A stretch of DNA of 28,224 nucleotides. It comes from a virus (lineage: Duplodnaviria > Caudoviricetes). The position numbers and the translations under genes are program-made. Of this stretch, positions 1 through 5,022 are shown piece after piece. The notes beneath the pieces were generated by a model that was not told the origin of the DNA, did no database searches, and worked only from the letters and a program-made list of their open reading frames with translations. Location: positions 1 through 28,224 of the IMG/VR virus record IMGVR_UViG_3300047292_000009. One strand, 5' to 3'. Position 1 is the first letter of the stretch. Each line of letters begins with the position of its first letter.

Positions 1-868
1 GCTTATTCAAGCCCTTCCAAGGGTACATAGCCTCAGCCTTAGCTTCAGGTTTAATCACTTCTTCCCACAGTGAGGCAGCATTGATAATCCCATCTGGAAT
101 GTAAACCTCAGCTCTCCACCACTCATTTACAAACTCTTTGGTAGCCCCTGCAATGAGATAATCACAAGCATCTTTGTAGCCACTCAAATGCTTCACAATC
201 TTAGCCTTCTGTCCGAACAGTTCAGCTACTTCTTTAGAGGCCTTCTTACCCGGCTCATCAGCATCGAAGCAGATAACAATGTTCTCAAAGCTGTTAAGCC
301 ATTCATACTGAGCTTTGCAGTCCTTCAGAGCGGCTTGTGCCCCGTTACGAATGCTGACACTAGGCCACTGAGATCCGGTGAGTTGGTAGCCTGCGAGTGC
401 ATCAAGTTCTCCTTCATAGACTGTGACATATTTGCCTCCTGCGTGGAAGAGACCTTGCCCAAACAACCGTGCATTGTGAAAGGTTCCGTTAATTGAAAAA
501 GACTTTTCAGCAACTCTTCGTGTTTTGTAGGCGACAATGGTTCCACTGTCGTCAGTGTAAGGGTAAAAGTGATTCTGTGCATCTTGAGTTACTCCATACT
601 TCTCACAGGTTTGTAGGTTAATACCTCGATCAGGTATCGATTTAATAGTCCCTTTGGGTTCTATCATGGGCTGCTTTCTATGTTGTACTGCATCTTGCTT
701 TACTGTGAAGTCATCATATTCATTCTCATGGTGAGTTTCATGGCAGTTAAAGCAATAGGTGTGATTGTCATCGTATAAAGCACCTGCGTCTGAGCTACCA
801 CAGTACTCACATGGTATGTGCTTAACAAACTTTGACTCACTTGGTTTACGTACTATGCTAAGCTTCAT
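1..868 (-). CDS. T7 gp4-like DNA primase-helicase (N-terminal part, runs off the window)
   Basis: Manual translation from ATG 868 gives MKLSIVRKPSESKFVKHIPCEYCGSSDA...HTYCFNC (Cys4 zinc-binding domain) and TOPRIM motifs VTVYEGELDALA, ICFDADEPG, KDACDYL. Frame is open to position 1; RBS GGAGG upstream. Missed by the ORF track. Confidence 0.95.
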   Translation of the reverse strand, partial: MKLSIVRKPSESKFVKHIPCEYCGSSDAGALYDDNHTYCFNCHETHHENEYDDFTVKQDAVQHRKQPMIEPKGTIKSIPDRGINLQTCEKYGVTQDAQNHFYPYTDDSGTIVAYKTRRVAEKSFSINGTFHNARLFGQGLFHAGGKYVTVYEGELDALAGYQLTGSQWPSVSIRNGAQAALKDCKAQYEWLNSFENIVICFDADEPGKKASKEVAELFGQKAKIVKHLSGYKDACDYLIAGATKEFVNEWWRAEVYIPDGIINAASLWEEVIKPEAKAEAMYPWKGLNK

Positions 869-1064
869 TGTTTAATGCCTCCCGTAGCCCTTCAATGGTC
901 TTTAGAGCCTTTTTATCTGGGTATCCATAGTAGATGTCACCTCTGAGCTGAAAAGCTGTGAAATCCTATAGCATTGACAAAGTCTCAGCTAAAGCTTTGA
1001 GGCTTGAGTCACCTGCTAAGGGTGCAGACGGAAAAGGCCAAGGTTTGTTAGGATCAATAGTCAT
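858..1064 (-). pseudogene. Small hypothetical gene interrupted by an in-frame TAG
   Basis: MTIDPNKPWPFPSAPLAGDSSLKALAETLSML*DFTAFQLRGDIYYGYPDKKALKTIEGLREALNNEA*. TAG at 966-968. The start overlaps the upstream stop (ATGA) and the distal part ends overlapping the primase start. Confidence 0.6.
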
Positions 1065-1120
1065 TTAGTCAATATCAGTTTAATCATAGTTACGATGAAG
1101 ACAAACAATGCCATCATCAT
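1061..1120 (-). CDS. 19-aa hydrophobic micropeptide
   Basis: MMMALFVFIVTMIKLILTK*; ATGA start/stop overlaps with the genes on both sides. Confidence 0.5.
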   Translation of the reverse strand: MMMALFVFIVTMIKLILTK

Positions 1121-1329
1121 GGACGTTCAGCCACTGGCAAAGGATCTTCGACAGGTGGAACATAACCATCACCTAAACGTTTAATCACGACATCAGCTAC
1201 GTCAGCCATAACTCTGTCACGACCATTGTTCAAGATTAAGTCAGCCATACTGTCAATGACAGACCAATACCAACATTCATACTTAACGACATCCATGTCA
1301 ATGTCATCATCAATCAACTCAATAGACAT
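1117..1329 (-). CDS. Hypothetical acidic phage protein
   Basis: 70-aa ORF with strong RBS AGGAGG; first gene after the promoter at 1474-1502. Confidence 0.8.
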   Translation of the reverse strand: MSIELIDDDIDMDVVKYECWYWSVIDSMADLILNNGRDRVMADVADVVIKRLGDGYVPPVEDPLPVAERP

Positions 1330-1473
1330 AATTATCCTCCTAGGGTTAGTGTCTATAAATTTTAAGAGTCCTACTTAACTTTAAAGTTACTTTATAAGTA
1401 AATATATAAAGATACTTTAATAGTGTATTTAACTTTAAAGACTTCTATGAAACATCATAGGTACTTTAAAGTA

Positions 1474-1502
1474 AGGGTAGCATACTTTGTACAGATTGTC
1501 AA
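1474..1502 (-). promoter_or_regulatory. sigma70 promoter for the replication genes
   Basis: Minus strand TTGACA-17 nt-TACCCT with extended TG. Confidence 0.7.
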
Positions 1503-1735
1503 TAGTCCTTTCCATCTAAGGTGTCACCAATGTTACACTCATCGTCTTCACCTTCTACACTGTCGTCAATGTCATCCTCTGAGATCAAGTCTCTACGATC
1601 CTTTGTAGGCAGATTAGCGTCCATCTGTACAGTTTTAAAGCATTGTTGACATAGGTCTATAAACATCCCTGTTACAGCGTGTTTACGTGTAGCTTCAAAG
1701 TCTGTCAGCATCTTGTCACAGCATAAGCACTTCAT
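1499..1735 (-). CDS. Small zinc-finger protein with acidic tail
   Basis: CLCC...CQQC motifs, D/E-rich C-terminus, RBS GGAGG. Confidence 0.8.
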   Translation of the reverse strand: MKCLCCDKMLTDFEATRKHAVTGMFIDLCQQCFKTVQMDANLPTKDRRDLISEDDIDDSVEGEDDECNIGDTLDGKDY

Positions 1736-1878
1736 ACATCCTCCGTGACTTCTATCAATTCCATCTCTTCAGGATCATAGCCTAAGGTTTCAAACACTTT
1801 ACCTTCAGCTTCCTCTTCACTAGAGGCCATCACCCATACTGACTTTGTAGGGCTTACCTGATAGCAATATTCATTCAT
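1732..1878 (-). CDS. Hypothetical 48-aa acidic protein
   Basis: MNEYCYQVSPTKSVWVMASSEEEAEGKVFETLGYDPEEMELIEVTEDV; ATGA overlaps at both ends, RBS GGAG. Confidence 0.7.
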   Translation of the reverse strand: MNEYCYQVSPTKSVWVMASSEEEAEGKVFETLGYDPEEMELIEVTEDV

Positions 1879-2090
1879 TTAGAACTCCGTTTCTTTAAAG
1901 GGTTAACTGTAGCCCATGCTTGCATATGCACTGGGTGTCCCTCTACATCGTAGCACAGACTGTAAGCCCCGTCTATGTGCTTAAACCATAACAAACCAAA
2001 GTGAGTCTTTATAGGTGTTTCTTTTGGTACATCGTATAAAGGTTTAGAAGGTTGCTCAATCCAGTCTTTTAAGTCAATTTCTGATAACAT
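1875..2090 (-). CDS. Hypothetical early protein
   Basis: 71-aa ORF, RBS GAGG, abuts its neighbours. Confidence 0.75.
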   Translation of the reverse strand: MLSEIDLKDWIEQPSKPLYDVPKETPIKTHFGLLWFKHIDGAYSLCYDVEGHPVHMQAWATVNPLKKRSSK

Positions 2091-2279
2091 TTATACATCC
2101 TCGCTTTCTAAAGTTATTTTAAAGTGTAGAGCTTCATTCCAGTCGTTACATTTACCCCTTAAAAGTTCTAGCAGTTCGTCAATGTGTTTGTCAGTCATTA
2201 GGTAGTCAAACTCAAAAGTCATTACCTTTTGTTTAGTGTCACCCATGAAACCTTCAATAGAGCCTTTTGTGTATAACAT
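2091..2279 (-). CDS. Hypothetical early protein
   Basis: 62-aa ORF tightly packed in the early operon. Confidence 0.7.
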   Translation of the reverse strand: MLYTKGSIEGFMGDTKQKVMTFEFDYLMTDKHIDELLELLRGKCNDWNEALHFKITLESEDV

Positions 2280-2292
2280 AGCACCCTACCCC

Positions 2293-2583
2293 TTACCTAG
2301 TGTAAAATGAAGGCTTAGAGAGGCCATAAACAGCTTCTAAGCTACGTTCTAAGTCATGATCAATGGTGGATTGTTCGTATTGCTCAGCCTTATAAGCTTT
2401 AGAAGCTTGAAACTCTAAGTCTTCCCATTGATTAGACGCTATCACTTCAAGGATGTCTAAGCCCTTGAAAGTCACTGAGTCTAAGCCGCTACAATCCCCG
2501 TCTGAGTCAATCTGACACTGTACGTCAACTACAGCCATCGAATCTTCTAATTGTCCTACAAAGTGAAAGGTTATTGTGCTCAT
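2293..2583 (-). CDS. Hypothetical acidic early protein
   Basis: ORF track 2293..2589; ATG at 2583 preferred (AGGA RBS, follows the upstream stop at 2586). Confidence 0.75.
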   Translation of the reverse strand: MSTITFHFVGQLEDSMAVVDVQCQIDSDGDCSGLDSVTFKGLDILEVIASNQWEDLEFQASKAYKAEQYEQSTIDHDLERSLEAVYGLSKPSFYTR

Positions 2584-2585
2584 GT

Positions 2586-2732
2586 TCAAGTTTTCCTAGT
2601 TATGACAAGTTTATAAAGGTTAGCAGGTTGACCCTCTAGATTATTGTTATCTTGGAGCCACTCCTCAGCGAATGATAGCTTATTAAAGGTGGCAACGACA
2701 ATGCCTGAGGATATAGACACAATCTTATACAT
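2586..2732 (-). CDS. Hypothetical 48-aa early protein
   Basis: MYKIVSISSGIVVATFNKLSFAEEWLQDNNNLEGQPANLYKLVITRKT; RBS AAGGGG; fills the gap between neighbours. Confidence 0.65.
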   Translation of the reverse strand: MYKIVSISSGIVVATFNKLSFAEEWLQDNNNLEGQPANLYKLVITRKT

Positions 2733-2904
2733 CTAGAGTCCCCTTCGAAGGGCTTAGACGCTGTACAGATTGACTTAAAAGCCACTTGTCACCTAATAGA
2801 CGTACTGATCTGATCCACTTGCGACGATAATCACGCCTTACGTGCTCAGGTACATCGTAAGTCTTGAATAGTTCCCGTGTGTATTTGAGTAGTTTAGTAT
2901 TCAT
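2725..2904 (-). CDS. Small basic early protein (59 aa)
   Basis: MNTKLLKYTRELFKTYDVPEHVRRDYRRKWIRSVRLLGDKWLLSQSVQRLSPSKGTLDV; starts 1 nt after the upstream stop. Confidence 0.7.
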   Translation of the reverse strand: MNTKLLKYTRELFKTYDVPEHVRRDYRRKWIRSVRLLGDKWLLSQSVQRLSPSKGTLDV

Positions 2905-2905
2905 T

Positions 2906-3184
2906 TTAAAGTTTCCAAGTTGTTTTTAAGTAAGATTGTTTCTTTACGTCAAATATAGACACACTTTCCCAATGTGTTAATTCATCGTCACAGTCAATGA
3001 CTAGCTCATAATCCCTTGATCCAATTCTTAGATAGTTATGGTTACGCTCAAAGCTACCGTGTCCAATATCTCCGCTAGCATATTGCCCATACTTAGGAAA
3101 TAAGACGTACCAATGACTGCGTTCTAGATCGACAATCAGTTCTAGTTTGTGCTTGTTTACTTCAACGTTAAAATGTTTAATCAT
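2906..3184 (-). CDS. Hypothetical early protein
   Basis: 92-aa ORF with TAATG coupling to the upstream gene. Confidence 0.75.
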   Translation of the reverse strand: MIKHFNVEVNKHKLELIVDLERSHWYVLFPKYGQYASGDIGHGSFERNHNYLRIGSRDYELVIDCDDELTHWESVSIFDVKKQSYLKTTWKL

Positions 3185-3513
3185 TATTCCTGCTCCTCTG
3201 ACTCTTCAAGATCTTTCAATTCATCATAGAAGTGACCTGCGATCTCTCTAAAGTTAATCTTATAGAAGGCCGCTGAGATCAAGTCATTGACAAAACCGTT
3301 AGTGCCTTCGTCTGAGTCAATCCATTCTTGAAGCATTGACTTGATGTGATCACCTAAGCGATAGTCAACGTCTGACTTATCGTCCCATGACCCCATCAGA
3401 CCGAGACAGACATTAGAGATCTCCTCAGTAGCATAAGAATCCTCACCCAGCCACAGATTAGCTAACCATGTCTCATAGTTAGTCCAGCCATTGTAAGTTT
3501 TATCAGTCATCAT
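3184..3513 (-). CDS. Conserved acidic early phage protein (YNGWTNYETW type)
   Basis: N-terminal YNGWTNYETW motif, which I recognise from phage early regions; RBS TAAGGA. Confidence 0.85.
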   Translation of the reverse strand: MMTDKTYNGWTNYETWLANLWLGEDSYATEEISNVCLGLMGSWDDKSDVDYRLGDHIKSMLQEWIDSDEGTNGFVNDLISAAFYKINFREIAGHFYDELKDLEESEEQE

Positions 3514-3551
3514 GTTTCCTTAGTAGGTACGCCTTAGCGTGTATCCCTGCA

Positions 3552-3600
3552 ACATTGCAGGCCATAGCATCCTACCATAGGACGCTACAGTCTGCAGTGT
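3552..3600 (-). other. Long intergenic RNA hairpin (candidate RNase III site)
   Basis: ACACUGCAGACUGUAGCGUCCUA-UGG-UAGGAUGCUAUGGCCUGCAAUGU: a stem of about 23 positions whose G-U pairs form only on the minus strand. Confidence 0.6.
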
Positions 3601-3603
3601 CAC

Positions 3604-3702
3604 TTAGGCGACTAAGATGTCGAAGTAGGCTAAGGCTCCGCAGGTCAGTGCTAGGCCTAATAAGACTGCTGAGAGGATGTCGTAAATAGTTTCTTTGCTC
3701 AT
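3604..3702 (-). CDS. First early gene: 32-aa single-pass membrane peptide
   Basis: MSKETIYDILSAVLLGLALTCGALAYFDILVA; RBS TAAGGA. Confidence 0.75.
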   Translation of the reverse strand: MSKETIYDILSAVLLGLALTCGALAYFDILVA

Positions 3703-3756
3703 GGTGTAGTTTCCTTAGTAATTTAGACAGTGCTTTATTGCCCTGCCATGCTTTAA

Positions 3757-3788
3757 ATTATACGGATGAAGCTTACATGAACCTTACA
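3757..3788 (-). promoter_or_regulatory. Early promoter: TATAAT -10 with an 11-bp direct repeat in place of -35
   Basis: Minus strand TGTAAGGTTCA TGTAAGCTTCA TCCG TATAAT. Confidence 0.6.
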
Positions 3789-3841
3789 AACTAATATATT
3801 TTTAAAGTTTAAACCCTTACGTATAAACCCTACCTTTTGTG

Positions 3842-3875
3842 TCTTATGTCATATATCTTATGTCTTATATAAGAC
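3842..3875. promoter_or_regulatory. SdhR-type (GntR family) operator plus a degenerate copy
   Basis: TCTTATGTCTTATATAAGA at 3856-3874 matches the betaproteobacterial SdhR motif as I recall it; partial copy at 3842-3855. Confidence 0.6.
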
Positions 3876-3965
3876 TTGATAGTAACCCTTTAAAGTTTAG
3901 GGATATTGAGTGACTAGGTAGAAACCCTAGGTATGCCTTAGTAGGTGCTACACCGCCCTTCACAC

Positions 3966-4005
3966 TGTCAATATTCCGACACCTCTAGTGTCAACTTTCC
4001 GACAC
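3966..4005. repeat. 17-bp imperfect direct repeat TGTCAAnnTTCCGACAC x2
   Basis: 3966-3982 and 3989-4005; each copy is pseudo-palindromic (TGTC-N8-GACA). Confidence 0.8.
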
Positions 4006-4051
4006 ACTACCTATAGTGTATGTGAGTACTCACTAACGCTACCTATAGTGT
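4004..4051. promoter_or_regulatory. Tandem NrdR boxes
   Basis: ACACTACCTATAGTGT (4004-4019) and ACGCTACCTATAGTGT (4036-4051) against consensus acaCwAtATaTwGtgt; 32-bp spacing. Confidence 0.7.
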
Positions 4052-4181
4052 ACTGCGAAGTAAGTACTAACTAACCTGAGCTACAAAGTGACTGGGGGGA
4101 GGGTCATGGTGATAGAGATTACTTTTGTGGGAGCCTCTGAAGCACACAAAAAAGGATAATTAGGGACAGATGAAGTAACTA

Positions 4182-4194
4182 TAAGTCCTTGATC
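4182..4194 (-). promoter_or_regulatory. Candidate IHF site
   Basis: Minus strand GATCAAGGACTTA against WATCAANNNNTTR (1 mismatch), with an A/T tract on its 5' side. Confidence 0.45.
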
Positions 4195-4343
4195 TACAAA
4201 GTAAAAATAACAAGAACTACAAAGTATCTAAAATGTATGCAAAAGTGTATACAATTAAGGGTAAGTACAGACAATTTGTACACCTTGGAAAGGGAACTAA
4301 GTTAGAGTTTAGACTCTAAAGTTAAATAAATATAAGAAAAGAC

Positions 4344-4372
4344 TTGACAAATAGACAAACATAGTGTATAAT
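4344..4372 (+). promoter_or_regulatory. Consensus sigma70 promoter for the packaging/late operon
   Basis: TTGACA-17 nt-TATAAT with an A-rich UP element. Confidence 0.9.
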
Positions 4373-4632
4373 ATTCTGTATAGGAAATAATTGTGTTTAC
4401 TAAGAAGCCTGACCCCACTTCTTAGGTTGCTAAGACGTACACCCTAGTAGGGGAACATAGAAGTTAAATACACTATTAACAGTTACTTATAATATATTAC
4501 TTACTAAGTAAATTAATATTAATAACTAATATAAGTACTTATAATATTTATGTCTATGTAACATTTATGTTAATGTCTTAGGTACTTTATAGTACTACAC
4601 TTAAAAGTCTCCCTATAAAGGACAAAGACGAG

Positions 4633-5022
4633 ATGACTGAAGAAATTAAAGACAGTGTTAAGGTTATGTCTCCCAAACTACGTGGTAAAGGGAGACCTCC
4701 AAAGAGTGACCTACAAGCTGTTAAGAACAGAACTAAGAATAAAGTAGGCAGACCTGTAGGAGATGCAGGTAGGCTTCAAGAGTTCAAGGAAAGACTATTA
4801 GCCACAGGTGGTACTAGAATCCTTGATAAGATGATTCAGATAGCCTTGGATGATGAACATCCCGGACAGATGGCAGCTATTAAGTTAGCTATGGATAGGA
4901 TCTTACCAGCCTCAGTGTTTGATACAGCTAAGAGTGGTGGTAGTATGCCTCAGATCAGTATTAACATATCAGGCCTTACAAGTCCAGTTGTGTCTACAAA
5001 CGATGAAGTGATAGACGTATGA
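4633..5022 (+). CDS. terS: Terminase small subunit (putative)
   Basis: Directly upstream of and overlapping terL; basic GRP motifs, helical core, INISG..VIDV tail. Confidence 0.75.
   Translation: MTEEIKDSVKVMSPKLRGKGRPPKSDLQAVKNRTKNKVGRPVGDAGRLQEFKERLLATGGTRILDKMIQIALDDEHPGQMAAIKLAMDRILPASVFDTAKSGGSMPQISINISGLTSPVVSTNDEVIDV

Noticed and set aside
188-582. ORF-track calls 188..496(+) and 325..582(-)
   Set aside because: Shadow frames of the primase gene, which has clear catalytic motifs.
665-668. Internal gp4B-like start (Met68) in the primase
   Set aside because: The position resembles T7 gp4B, but there is no convincing Shine-Dalgarno.
966-968. Genome-wide TAG recoding
   Set aside because: Long genes contain no in-frame TAG, and terL and the zinc-ribbon gene end sensibly at TAG; one internal stop is better explained as a mutation or error.
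3966-3994. Two leftward sigma70 promoters from TTGACA hexamers
   Set aside because: No acceptable -10 at 16-18 nt spacing.
4001-4051. T7/SP6-like phage RNA polymerase promoter (CACTACCTATAG)
   Set aside because: Not repeated upstream of structural genes, which have sigma70 promoters, and no RNAP gene in the window; palindromy and spacing fit NrdR better.
3800-4230. CRISPR array
   Set aside because: The repeats are of several different types with two or three copies each, there is no constant repeat with regular spacers, and no cas genes are present.
4395-4460. Known self-cleaving ribozyme or tRNA in the late leader
   Set aside because: No hammerhead, twister, pistol or HDV core and no cloverleaf recognisable by eye; kept only as an unclassified structure.
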